Assembly: GCA_051942245.1 (NCBI GenBank)
Contig: JAVECL010000221.1
Span: 1 to 34,977, forward strand
Direction: 5' to 3'
DNA length: 34,977 bases
Source of the DNA: Trypethelium eluteriae
Taxonomy: Eukaryota
Positions 10,901 to 22,699 of this stretch are shown here, piece after piece; the first letter of the stretch is position 1; every line of letters starts with the position of its first letter. Both the position numbers and the translations under genes were made by a program. The notes beneath the pieces were generated by a model, which was not told the DNA's origin, searched no databases, and worked only from the letters and a program-made list of their open reading frames with translations.

Positions 10901-11300
10901 GTCTCTAAAAAAAATCTAATGCTGATCTTAGTCTCAATCTTTCTTGTGCCAACTACATCCACATAGTCGAGCCGCAATGGAATCCAACAATAGAAGAACA
11001 GGCCATTGCGAGAGCATTACGACTCGGCCAAACTCGAGAAGTCACTGTGATCAGATATATTGTCGAAAACAGTGTCGAAAAGGTATCCTCGTAAGGTTTT
11101 CAGGCGAACTGACTTGCTAAAGTGGCTTTAGAATATCTTGGAGTTTCAGAAAAGAAAGCAACAACTCTCAAGTCTCGCATTTGATGAAGACCAGCAAAAA
11201 TCTTTGTCAGATAAGCTCCAGGTATGGCACGACTGTTCAGTCTGCTGTTGAAACTAACTTCTGTCAGGAGCTGCGTTTTATCCTAGACACCTCTTCATAA
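7912..11300 (+). CDS. SNF2-family (RAD5/RAD16-like) helicase/ATPase, 12 exons
   Basis: Spliced frame gives HQKSAL (Q motif), GGIIADKMGLGKT (I), TLVVVP (Ia), WFRTILDE|AHWVRN (II, DEAH), RWCLTGTP (III), SIVFSYW (IV), RIDG, GAVG|LNL (V), EPQWNP..EEQAIARALRLGQTREV (VI); stop TAA 11298-11300; requires one GC-AG intron (10642-10692). Confidence 0.93.
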
Positions 11301-11651
11301 CCTTGAACTTAGGATTCTTACCACTAGAAATCTGGCTCTGAAAGGGATAATAAAAAAGTACGATAGTCAATACCAGTCCACGCTTGCTCCCTCGATCCAC
11401 TGCCCAGATACTTCATCTTGTAGAGAACTCAATCTTATTAAATCACAAGTTGTATAGATGAAGAAAGCGTCGGATAGAGGATGTTTGAGTTAATATCGAT
11501 AGATCATGAAGCAAGAGCTAAAGGGGAGGGTTCATCCGGTATGTCAGGATGCTGTGGCGTCTGGAGTAGATACGATCAAAGAATATGAATAGGGGAAAAA
11601 ATTATCTATACCTTAGAGAGAGAGCCCCGAAAGACTATTGCATGCTCGTAT

Positions 11652-13163
11652 TCATCGCTCTACCCATCCAAGTGGAGTCCCTCTCTTTGGCGGACTGTCA
11701 CTCATCAGCTGCACCCCTAGCCCTCTCTCAAGTTCCCTGTGAACACGGCTCAATATATCAAGCGGCACATCAGCATCGTAATATCCCGCATTATAGCTAA
11801 TTTCCAGCTGCAGCCTCCCCTGAAACGTCCCCACATACAAAACCATTTGCCTCGTCATCATCTCAATCCCAAAATGGTACTCTTGCACCCTAACCGCCGC
11901 GCCACCCTCCCGCCCACCGTACTCGCCCGTTAAATAATGATCCACAACGCCAAGACTACTAATCGTGATTCCGCTCGGTGGCGGCGGCGGCGGTGACGAC
12001 GACACTACAGGAGGCGACGGTCGCGGACCATGCGTCGGGGCCTCGGCAGTATCCAGCATATCCTCGCCTCGCTTCTGCTGCGCGGGCGTTGCATCATTAT
12101 TGAGCTTATAAGCCGCCCTGATACACTGCAGCGCGCGGTCGTCGCGATACGCCTCCTTGTAGTGCCGCGTGAGCGCCGTAGCGGCGTCGACGAAGCTGCT
12201 GTCGCGTTTCACGCGACACGCGACACCTCGGAGGTACGTCTGGACGGCGTGGGCGCGTGTATTGTAGGGAGGCGGTAGCTTGGGGCGGAGATTGATCGAC
12301 GTGGCGCAAGTGTAGTCGTGCTTCTCTGCCTGGGCTGGTTCCCGCTTTTCGTTGTCGGCGAGAGCGAAGACGGTCTGCGCGAGGGCTGAGTGCGTCGCTG
12401 CGGTGACGCTGATCTTGTGGGTTTTGCATGAGGTAACTAGGGCGGTGGTGCTTGTCGGGTCTAAGACTAGGGTCTGGCGGGCTGGATCGCCTGGCAGAGT
12501 GGTTGCATCGCCTTTGTAGCGCATGCGATCGTTTGGGAAGGAGTCGTCTCGGAAGGATCGAATAAAAGAGCGAGCGTCGTCTTCTTGTTCTGGGGTCCAA
12601 GAGTCTGGAATGCCGAGAGCTTCTTCTAGGGCAGGGGAGACAGCGTCCAGGCTGGGACCGCTGTATGGAGTAATGGGAGGATTGGCCAGCAGAGTGAACA
12701 GTTGATCGAGGACCCAGTTGGTGCCTACTGCGTCGATGCGCCAGTGAGAGCACAGAAAGACAACCTCCGACGACGAGGGCAGGAAATGTAGTGTTGGGAA
12801 GTTACTCGGTTCGCGTGCAATCACCGCGTCTGAAGTCTTCCCAAGTGGCTCGACGAAGAAAGTTTGATGAAGCCAGTCTTGCTCACCCTGCGCATCAAGG
12901 ACTCTGTATACCTTCTGTGTAGGTCCATCCAGGAGGACACTCAAAGCTGGAAGTTCGGTCCGCAAAGCTTTCCATGCTTCTTTCAACGCAGTAGCCGGAT
13001 CACGTCCCCGGAACTCAGGACCAAAATCTAGGCGACAGATGCAATGAACGCGATAATGCTCTCGTTTGAGGTGAGCGAAAAGAATGGCAACTTGACGGTA
13101 AATCTTCTCTGCTCCACCTAGCTCCGCTTTGTACACTCCAGGGGTCGTTTCTTCCCAAGTCAT
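11652..13163 (-). CDS. CoA-dependent O-acyltransferase, Tri3/CAT-fold (condensation-like) family
   Basis: Intronless ~503-aa ORF from ATG 13163; catalytic HxxxD motif SHWRIDAVG, CKTHKISVTAATH, SINLRPKLP and ISSLGVVD motifs resembling Tri3-like 15-O-acetyltransferases. Confidence 0.8.
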   Translation of the reverse strand: MTWEETTPGVYKAELGGAEKIYRQVAILFAHLKREHYRVHCICRLDFGPEFRGRDPATALKEAWKALRTELPALSVLLDGPTQKVYRVLDAQGEQDWLHQTFFVEPLGKTSDAVIAREPSNFPTLHFLPSSSEVVFLCSHWRIDAVGTNWVLDQLFTLLANPPITPYSGPSLDAVSPALEEALGIPDSWTPEQEDDARSFIRSFRDDSFPNDRMRYKGDATTLPGDPARQTLVLDPTSTTALVTSCKTHKISVTAATHSALAQTVFALADNEKREPAQAEKHDYTCATSINLRPKLPPPYNTRAHAVQTYLRGVACRVKRDSSFVDAATALTRHYKEAYRDDRALQCIRAAYKLNNDATPAQQKRGEDMLDTAEAPTHGPRPSPPVVSSSPPPPPPSGITISSLGVVDHYLTGEYGGREGGAAVRVQEYHFGIEMMTRQMVLYVGTFQGRLQLEISYNAGYYDADVPLDILSRVHRELERGLGVQLMSDSPPKRGTPLGWVER

Positions 13164-13943
13164 TACAGAAAAAGGGTCAATTTCCAAGGTCTGCTGTAAA
13201 TAATCTCTTTCTTCGACAGGCCGTTATATGAGGTCAAATGAGCGTTAGGGAACGTTCTCTTGTAGAGGATACAGTCACGTGCGTGTAAATGATGCGCAGT
13301 AGCGTGGCCAAAGACGTTGGACAAAGCTGATGGAGTATCAAAACTCCGGTGGAAGATGCCTGTCTGTTGAAGTCCGCTGTCCATGCAGCCGTGAATCTTC
13401 CGTGACCATCCCGGGGGATTTTGCCATCCCATCTCCTTGGGTCTTTTCATGGCTAAAGCGCTAGACCGCCACTTGCCTGGTACCTACATGCCTAATTCGT
13501 TCTAAGTTTGGTGGGGCTTTTCGAATGCCTTAGACGGAGCACACTGTTGAGTATATTGAGTCTGTCGGGTGTTACGTATAGATACGTATCGGTGCTCAGG
13601 GCCGTGAAAGCTGCTGTGTCTGGCGAAACGTAGTGCGTACGTATGAAGAGACCATCTTTTTGTGGACGCGATCAAAGTGTTGAGACAGAAGGATTTCTTA
13701 GGCACACTTTCCGGCTGCTAAGGTGCTGTCATGGATGTTCCCAAACAAGATATTGATGCGTAGCAATTCGGCACGTGACTCCTCGTCGCGGACGCGATTT
13801 GTCTGGCAGTCAATGCGAGACAGTATCTTATTGTTGTAAGCATCAACTTGAGCTAGATAAAGTTCCATCCGAAGCGACATTATCCAAAGTCTGCAACAAT
13901 CCAGAGACAATGTGTAATCAGATCCGACTTAAAGACATTATCA

Positions 13944-16257
13944 CTACTTTATGCAAAATGTATCCCTCTCTAACTTACATAGAATGCCGCGTGACAAGTT
14001 GTTTACTTGCTGTAGATTGCGTAGAGCTCCAAGTAGAGTGTTCAGATCGTCCTTTCGATCGTCATATCCAGTCTCAGGAGCATTTGGCGATCTAGGAAGA
14101 TCCTTGAGAAAAACAGCAGCTCGGTGTATTAGAGTAGGTAAGAACGGGTGAGCCTTGAAATGACTGATGGAGCGAGGCATCATCTTGATGAAATGGACTA
14201 GCTCGCTTGCGGCTTGGATCGCTTGCTCTTCGTAGGCCGGAGTAGCAACTTCGTGGTCGACTGTAGGCCAAGTCATAAATTGAGCCATGGATTGATAGAC
14301 GTATATTGCAGCGCACGCAGCCAGCGCGTACACGAAGGTCAGCATGGGATCTTCCACGTTATCGGTTGTACCTGGCAAGCTCTGGAGAAGCAACTGCTTC
14401 CTCTTCTCGACAGCTAAGGCAAGCCACGCGTGCTGACTCCAAAACTTCCGCGAGTCGCTCCCGCCAGAAACGGATCCATCCCGAACCGAGCGCTGGTGCG
14501 ACATGCAGCGGCTCAAGAGGCTATTCAGAACGACGCATTTAGCGAACGGTGGGAGCACAGTTCGACCATTATTTGCTAGTGCCTCGAAAAGAAAACCCAT
14601 GCGGATGGGCTCGTTGTTTTGGAAGTTTACCTCTGGTGCCGGAAGACGTGTGCGTATCTACAGCGAATTTAGTTCGACGCCGGTCTTTTTCGCAATATTT
14701 TAACTGCCTCTTCGAGGTATGTTGGATACGAGCTGCTACTCACCGATTCTTCTTGCAGGGATGGTGGACAATCGTTGCGCATTAGGCAGAATCGGTCAAA
14801 GCAGTATGCAAGCCAGAATGTCCTCCTCTTTTCTTCAGACTCGGCAGGGGATTCATCGTCAGATAAAGAAGGGCGAGAAAACGGGGACATCTCCGCGCCC
14901 AACGACATGGCCGAATCGTGCTGTGCGTCGACGTCGTGTAGCCGCGCCAGTTGCACCATACGAATTGCTCGACCGGCAGTGAGCATGGCCTGATGCTCGT
15001 GCTTGCAGAGCAGTTCATAGTGGGCTACCAGTAGCCAAGCTTGGATCTGCTCAATGGGGGTGTCGTTGCAATCACCTGTGCCATCGGCGTCCATCTGCTC
15101 TAGCATTCGACGTGACTCCGCGCACAATATTCCAGAGAGTGGTCGATACTGAGCCGATACGGCGGCGGCAACTGCGCGCATAGCATATTGCAAAGCTATC
15201 TGAGCGGGAGACGAACATGTCTGGCCTGCCCAGGCAAGGTAATTTCGCCTGTGAATGTTTGGGGCAACAGGATGGACTCTGTCAAAGTATAGTTCATCAC
15301 TAGTGATTGCAAGAGAAGTATACGTCAGATTGAGCATAGAAAAAATAAAGCGAAAAAATAAAGGGAGATCATTCTAGAAGTGATGGCAGGACTATAATGG
15401 AACAAACATGGAGAACACATACAGGTCTGCCTGCATCAGGTCTACTTGCATGAGGTCTGAGAAAGCGAAGCCGCCAACGGGCTGAATGGTTGTTGGAGTG
15501 AAGAATTGCTGAGTGTCCGATGCCGTCACTGAAGGTGACAGAACTGTGATAGGATCAAGCCAGTCGCCGCCGGAGTTTTGATCTGACATCCCGCTACTTG
15601 GGCTTTGATCCAAACCTCCGATGGAGTTCGTATCAGGGTTTATGAGACTCGAGTTTCCGAAGGTTGTTCTTTCCAGAGCGGCGTTTGACATTGAGCTACT
15701 TTCAAGACTTAAGCTTCCGAGATTGGCGTAATCGAAACCAGTACTTTCAAAATTGGCGCTTCCAAAGGCCGCACTGCCAAGTTCGTCGTTCTCCATGTCC
15801 ATTGGAAATGTTATGGGTACAGTCTCTGCAAGTGCAGTGTCATGTTCAAACGGCGAGATTGCCTCTGACTCGGCACAAGAATCCTGAAACGCGTTCGAAG
15901 GAACAGCGTCATGGCTGGGTAGTTGTTGTCCCGTCTGCTCGCCGAGTCGTTGCTCGAGATCCGCTGCATAAAGTCAGATTTCATTAATCGCATGGAGAAC
16001 TAAAGTACAAAGGAGGGTAGTTGAAGGATACTAAAAAGGGCGATGAGAGGAGGCGAAGGTAACTCACCAACGAGATTCTTCAACATACCCATCTGGCCTT
16101 TCCTGGGTCCTCGCTGAGGTCGCTTGTCGACATAACGGCAGGCAGCGCCGGCTTCCTGGCAGGAACTGCATGAGGGACGGACACGGTCGCACCTTGCTTT
16201 GCGTCGTCGACAATTTTCGCAGGCAAGCCCTGGTTGTTGGCGGTGACCTTGGGGCAT
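13944..16257 (-). CDS. Zn(II)2Cys6 transcription factor with fungal-specific TF domain, AfoA/CtnR-like (4 exons)
   Basis: RQQPGLACENCRRRKARCDRVRPSCSSC..C binuclear cluster, DLMQADL|DELYFDRVHP, EEKRRTFWLAYCFDR; N-terminus closely resembles my recollection of A. nidulans AfoA; introns restore the frame. Confidence 0.9.
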
Positions 16258-18111
16258 GGATGTGGCCTGTTGTTTTGTATGTGACGAGGCTGAATGCCCG
16301 TTGATTGGACGCTCGATAAGAGTTTAAGTTGGGGGTGGAGTACCATTCGTATCCTACTAGCCAAACGACCAGCCACAATGAACTTCTGGCATCCAGCAAC
16401 TTGCGGCCTTATATCTAGAGATAGAAAGCTCACTGAGAAATCGCCTCTCTCGTATTCTAGCGGAGTCTTCTAAAATATGCCGCAGTCATATCTGTTTATA
16501 ACAAGTTCCTACAAAAGAGTATTAGCGCAACCCTTGGTGGCACGCAGCGTGAACTGGCGTTGGTGAGCGAATTGGAATCCGAGTACATGGGGTTCAGTCG
16601 CGGCGGGTGCTGAGCCTAGCAAAAGTGTATTCCTCGTGCGCCACATTGTAGGGATTCACCATGTGGACCCAGTATAATGCCAAGAGCACCAATCATTCAT
16701 TGATTCTTTGCTGATCCCCTTTAGCAGGTATTGTTTCGCTGCCGTTTTCGTTGCAATCCGTCTCTTGTTTGGGGGGCCACATGAGGCTGGCGAATAGCCT
16801 CAAGCTTCTTTTCATGGATACCTTCAACGATCTCGGGCATTTTCGGGGTGTTCTAGGAGTGGGTGGGGTGTCTGGTTGAAAGAAGAGAAGGTCGTCGGGG
16901 GCAATTGGTTGAAATCCAGCTCTCTTAACACTGGAAAGACCCATCTTAAGACGGTGCAAATCACTTGTGCGCTGGTGATGCTGTTTGCAGCCTCTTTTCG
17001 ATGAAGACTTCATTTTCCTAGTGTCCACTTGCTTAGATACCGAGACTTGCCTACCCGTTTTCTCACTGGCTGACGAAGTCTGCGATGCCTAGTGGTGATT
17101 ACTCCATGGTTAGTACTAGTATGTAAAGTCCATAGCATATAGTGGATTGTTCATTCCTTGCTACGAGAAAGGAAACGCAGGGGAGAGCTGAACGTTAGGT
17201 GATGCTTTGCAAGAATGCGACCTTTATGGCATGGACATTATGAAATGGTGTCAAGCCGCTGTGCGCTACGAAATAAGGTTGGCATCTGGACCAAGGCTGT
17301 ACGCTCAAGGCCTCATCGTAAGACCGCGGGAGAGGTCGTGCTTTCCGAAGATTGCTGGTGCACGACAGGATAGAGGGTCAGAGTTGACAGAAGACGTCGA
17401 GGTAAAGTTGCTATTACGAATCGCGCCGCTTTGTGCTACCACTGGACCCAACGCGCCGGTTCTCCACTGGCGGAGCTAACACCCTAAGGTGCTAAGGTTG
17501 TGCGTCAATGGCGGCCCACGGGCCGCTCAGCTCTCGCCTCTACGCTTTACCTGGAGAGGTTAGACAAGACAGATTAAGGTGTCATCTCACTCATTGTGAC
17601 CATCTCGTGAAGTATTGGAGGGTGAACCACCGGATCAGATAAAGACTGTGGCTTCCGATTGAACCCAACCGACTTCCCGAATCCAAGATTCTTTATGGTT
17701 TCATGTATATTGTGCATTAGCGCGTTCCCGATACCGGGTGAAAGCTCTATGCACTAAGCGAGCCCGGTTCATGCTTGCTATAGTGGAGACATCCGAACCC
17801 AGCAAATGGATCTACCCAAGAGGTTGCAGTAATCTGTAATTGGTGAGAAAAATCTTCCGATGACTTCAGCCATTTTCCCGATGAAGTAATGAACGAATAT
17901 CTTGGTTATAAGAAAGGGACGATAGCGCGTAAAGCGGCTGCTTTGCCATCGCCGCATAGAGAGGGGTTTCATCTTGGATGCATGACAATTGATCCTCCTT
18001 AAGCGGCCTCGTCTCCGAAGATTAAGTTTAGTTTGATATGTCCCATGTGCAATTACTTGACCTTTCCTTCTGCACAGGATCACAAACGCTTTGATCTTTT
18101 CAGGATCGCGT

Positions 18112-18139
18112 CGTCCGCCTCCGATCGAGTCGGTGGCCG
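18112..18139 (+). promoter_or_regulatory. Candidate Zn2Cys6 binding sites upstream of the NmrA-like gene
   Basis: CGTCCGCCTCCG (18112-18123) and CGAGTCGGTGGCCG (18126-18139); both recur in the MFS promoter. Confidence 0.5.
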
Positions 18140-18356
18140 TCGTCCGATGTGGCACAGTCGCATCCCTCGGTGCGAACCAACAGATATAAGGACGTTATAC
18201 AGTTTCTGCAAGACTAGCAAGTTCGGTACTTTCACGTGAGATTCGCCTCATTCTTCAGTAGTAGGTGGGAGACCTGATCGGTCTTCAAGACGCTACTTAA
18301 CCTCGCGTTTAAAGATTCTTGCTACAGCATAAGAAATTTGCCAATTTGCGTAGATT

Positions 18357-19456
18357 ATGGCTGCAAAGTATGCGAAAGATATGCCTGCGGGCTTCGTCAA
18401 CCGCGTTGAGCGTGTTGCAATCATTGGAGTATGTTCTCTGGCCACTCACTTTCGCTACATGCATACTAATTCGACACGTAGGCGAGCGGTCAAATGGGCG
18501 AGCAGTTTGCCAAAGCCCTCGTCAAGACCGGCAAGCACACCGTCACCGCCTTGACACGCCAAGGCAGCAAAAACCAAGTCCCGGCTGGAGTCAAGTCAGT
18601 CTCCGTCGACTACAACGACGACTCGACCGTTATCGCCGCACTGAAAGGCCAACAGTTCCTCATCATCACCCTCGCCGCCACCGCCCCACCGGATGCGCAC
18701 TCCAAGATCGTCCAGGCGGCCGCCAAAGCCGGGGTCCCGCACATCATGCCCAACATCTACGGCAACGACGACACCAACGAAAGTCTTACCAGTGAGACTC
18801 CTCTGAGCGGCGACGTGAAAGGGATGCGTGCCGAAATTGAGGCCGCCGGCTGCGCCTGGACCTCGCTGGTCTGTAGCCTGTGGTATGAATATAGTCTGGC
18901 CATGGGCCCGATTTGGTTCGGATTTGACTGGGACAACAAGAAACTCACGCTATACGATGACGGCACGACCAAGGTGAATCTGAGCACGTGGGAGCAGTGT
19001 GGCCGCGCCGTCGCCGCGCTGCTGAGCCTCAAGGCCCTACCTGAGAACGCAAGTGATGAGAGCTTGACAGTTAGCCACTGGCGTAACAAGCCACTTGTCA
19101 TCTCTAGCTTCTTGGTCAGCCAGAGGGACATGTTCGAGAGCTGGAAGCGTGTCTCGGGCGACAAGGAATCCGACTGGACGATCGAGAGTGAGCCGAGCAA
19201 GGAGCGCTACCAAAAGGGCCTAGCGGCGATGAAGGGCGCGCAGGATCCCATGTCGGCGCGTATGGGCGCTGCCATGGCTTCATTTGTCAGGTTGTTTTTC
19301 CCCAACGGCGGAGGCGACTATGAGAGTACGCGCGGGCTGGATAACGCGAAGCTGGGACTGCCGAAGGAAGACCTCGACGAGCGTACCGCGGTCGCCAAGG
19401 CAATGGTGGAGGAAGGCTACGCAGCTAAGCTGTTTGCTAGGGCTACTCAGGGGTAA
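18357..19456 (+). CDS. NmrA-like / isoflavone-reductase-like NAD(P)-binding oxidoreductase (CipA-like), 2 exons
   Basis: MAAKYAKD..RVAIIG|ASGQMG Rossmann motif across intron 18429-18481; VTALTR, AAAKAGVPHIMPN, STWEQCGRAVAALL. Confidence 0.9.
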
Positions 19457-20100
19457 TAATACGAGAGATTCTACATGAGGATCTTTCATGACGTCCAATC
19501 GATGGCGTAGGCCAACCATATGTACTCTAACCCTCAGATATTGCGATCGGATGAGCTATCTCCTTGAAATGATCAAGAAGACCAGGATGATAATTTCCGT
19601 CTTGAGGTAGATGTGTACAGAGGTCACAAACCTAAGGTAGAGTATATCTCGCTTTAGCACTGTACAGCGAATCTATCCAATGAAGTAGGTAATACAATCA
19701 TAATGCAATAGTCTCCCGACACTTCCCCATCTCTCGCTCCAACTTTGTCAAGGTCAGGCAGGCAGGCACGAGGGGTGATGCACGGACCACGTGACCATAG
19801 CTAGACCCTCACATGAAAAAAAGGAAAAAAAGCTGTTTTATTTAATATACTAGTATGGGGTTTGATTGAAGTTCAGTAATTCTTCTCCTACTTATCTCTA
19901 GTGACGTGCGGGTATGTTCTATGTTGGGAGATTAATAAAGCACGAGTACTCGTAATAGTAGCGTGTATTACTATTGTATTCTATCCTCATAACCATCGGG
20001 CTACCATTCTCGTCTCTATGTACCTAAGTTTCCTCAACAGTCTTCAGAAACCCGATGCAGCCAACGATCGTCATATCACCTCAACCTTCCACACCCCCGA

Positions 20101-22168
20101 TCAAGTCTTCTTCCTAATATCCTTCCAGCCCAACCCCCAAGCACACACAAACGACAACACCCCGATCCCAATCCCCAAATACATCGTCGCGTCCACTCCT
20201 TTGCTGTACGCCCGTAATACACCCGGCAGCTGCTCCGCTGACACGATATCCCGGATCATGCGTGCTCCGCCGGCAGTAATGGCCTCAGCGTTGACACCCG
20301 GTGCATCTTTCTTGAGCGCGGAATGCAGGCTATTGCTGAAGGCAGTTTGGGCCAGAGTCAGCCAGATGGCGGCGCCGAGGTTCTGGCAAAGGATGAGGAT
20401 GGCCATGGCAGTGGGAATGGAGGCGCCGGGGACAGTGTTTTGAATGGCGATATAGGACTGTCAAGGCATTAGAATAGCGTTTACTCTCTTTTTCTCTTGC
20501 TTCTTTTTTTTTTTCACAACCTTCTGTTGAGACGAAGAATGAAACAGGAGCGAGGGAGGAAGACACATACCCCAGAAGCGGCAGCGCCATTACCCACGCC
20601 ATAGAGGACTTGGTAGCCAATCCATTTCCCAGTTGAGGTCGTGGGGTTGAACAGGGATAAGAGCCCGTAGCCTATGGTGGAGAGGGCGGTTCCGGAGAGA
20701 ACCCAGGGGAGGTAGTAGCCTAGCTTCTCGGCTATCAGAGAGGCGGATAAGTCAGCATGGTTTGGTTTTCATGTCGAAGGATTGATGGGAGTAGTGGCTA
20801 CTTACTTAGCACTCCGGACGACATGGCAAAGATAACCTGAGCTATGATTGTCGGCAAGAGGTGTACACCGCTCATCAGTGGACTGTTATTCTTGACAGCC
20901 TGGAAATAGATCGGCAGCCAGTAGTGCTCGATGAACATGACGCCCATGAAGAAAAACATGGTCGCTGAGGCAGAGTAAATGACTCGCACTCGCAACATCG
21001 AATATGGCATCAGCGCGTCGTCACCGCGGCGATACTCCCATGCAAGAAATACCGCAAATGTGACCGCAGCACCAACGAACAATCCAATCACTCTTGAATT
21101 GTCCCATGCATACTGGTTTCCGCCCCACTGAAGTGCAAGGAAAAACATGATTGCGGCAGGCCATAAAAGGACTAGCCCGAGGAGGTCCATTTTTGACACT
21201 GCTGTGCCGAGTACCTCGCGCACGGGCGGCTTCGCCTTGAGCTCCGGGACTCTAAGCAAGATTAGGATACCACCAACCACAGCGCCAATTGGCAGATTGA
21301 TATAGAAGCCTGCGTATACGTCTCGTTAGAATGGCAATCACAGTCGCGAGGAAGTTTCACCCCCACATCAGAACAGTTGGAAAGGGGTGGGGAGCACATA
21401 CACCAACGCCAGGTAGAGTACTCAGTCAGTGCTCCGCCGATGAGCGGACCGCACGCCAAGCCGATCTGTCCGAGTGCCACGTTGATACCCATGACTCGCG
21501 GAATTTTGTGCGGCGGGAGGATGGCAGCCAGAATGGTCAGGATGCCATTCATCAACCCAGAAGCGCCCAAACCAGCAATGGAACGGCCTACAATCAGCAT
21601 GGGAGACGACTGAGCTGCACCACAGAGCGCGGAGCCCAGCTCGAATATAGTGAAGAAGACGAGGAAGGACCACTAGGGAATATGAAGCAGAAGACGTCAG
21701 CCATCGGTAAAATGATAGGGTTGAAAAGGAAACGTTGGTGCTAACGATAATGACTCACCTTTGTCGAGAAATAGGTAAAGATCTTACCCGCCAGCGGCAC
21801 GAATGCCGAGCTGGCAAGCTGGTACGCGCTGCCGTACCATCCCACGTCAAGCAGCGATTTGAACTCGTCGGTGATCTGGGGAATCGCCGTGGAAACGATG
21901 GCACCGTCAAGCATGATGAGGAAATAGACGAGGGTGATAGGCATGATGATGAGCGCGCGCTTGAGACCGGTAATGTCAGGCTGTTGCTCTTCTTCTGGCT
22001 TTTCGGTTGAGAGACCGTTTCGTTCCAGGCTGGGCTCTGTCTGCGATACTGAATCTCTAGGTGGTGACTCTGGCGCCGAAGCTGAGGTATGATTATTGGC
22101 GATCTCTTCAGAAAAGTGCTCTGGTTTTTGACAGTACCTGCGGAGTCTGGAGGCAAATCGTTTGACAT
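20101..22168 (-). CDS. MFS drug/toxin efflux pump (DHA2, 14-TM type), multi-exon
   Basis: [83 protein letters not shown]-terminal WKDIRKKT*. Confidence 0.93.
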
Positions 22169-22384
22169 TTTGGCTCTTCTGTGATTCTCGGGTATATGTA
22201 ATGAGAACTATAGGATAACTTCAAATTCAGAACGCAAGAGCAAAAGTGGACTTTCAGGAACCTGAGGCTTGTTGGCCCTGGATAGGAAGTTTCTCGCAAC
22301 GATCGAAATTCGAGTAGTTTGACATTTTTCCGTAATCCTTTAAGTTCATCGAGATACTACCAAAAGACGTGCCTACCTTCGAAG

Positions 22385-22458
22385 ATCGGTCCTCCGAGTC
22401 GGCGACCGGACGTCCGGTCCGGGGAGATGACCTAAGCAGTGAGAAACGGAGGCGGACG
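22385..22458 (-). promoter_or_regulatory. CGG-rich candidate Zn2Cys6 binding region upstream of the MFS gene
   Basis: CGAGTCGGCGACCG (22395-22408), 16-bp perfect palindrome GACCGGACGTCCGGTC (22404-22419), CGTCCGCCTCCG on the minus strand (22447-22458). Confidence 0.55.
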
Positions 22459-22699
22459 TACACAATCCGCTTGGTCGGTACCTGGACGCCAAGCCCTCCT
22501 CCTTAACTCTCACCTTTAGCATTTGGGGAAGATCCAATTCGACTCTCAGCTCAAATTCCCAGATATATGCCTGTACAAATTTGACCCTTCACGTCTGTTG
22601 TCATGAGACTCATCATGTTCATTCTTTGGCTAGCAGAAAAGTGCAGATCGTAGCCCGTGTAGAAATGACAGTTCTTCATGTTGACCGTCCAGTTCTTTG

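Noticed and set aside
12106..12753. 215-aa Arg-rich alternative-frame ORF within the acyltransferase
   Set aside because: Frame-shifted shadow of GC-rich coding sequence.
11652..13163. Calling the acyltransferase TRI3 and the region a trichothecene cluster
   Set aside because: Only family-level motifs are shared and no other TRI-like genes are present.
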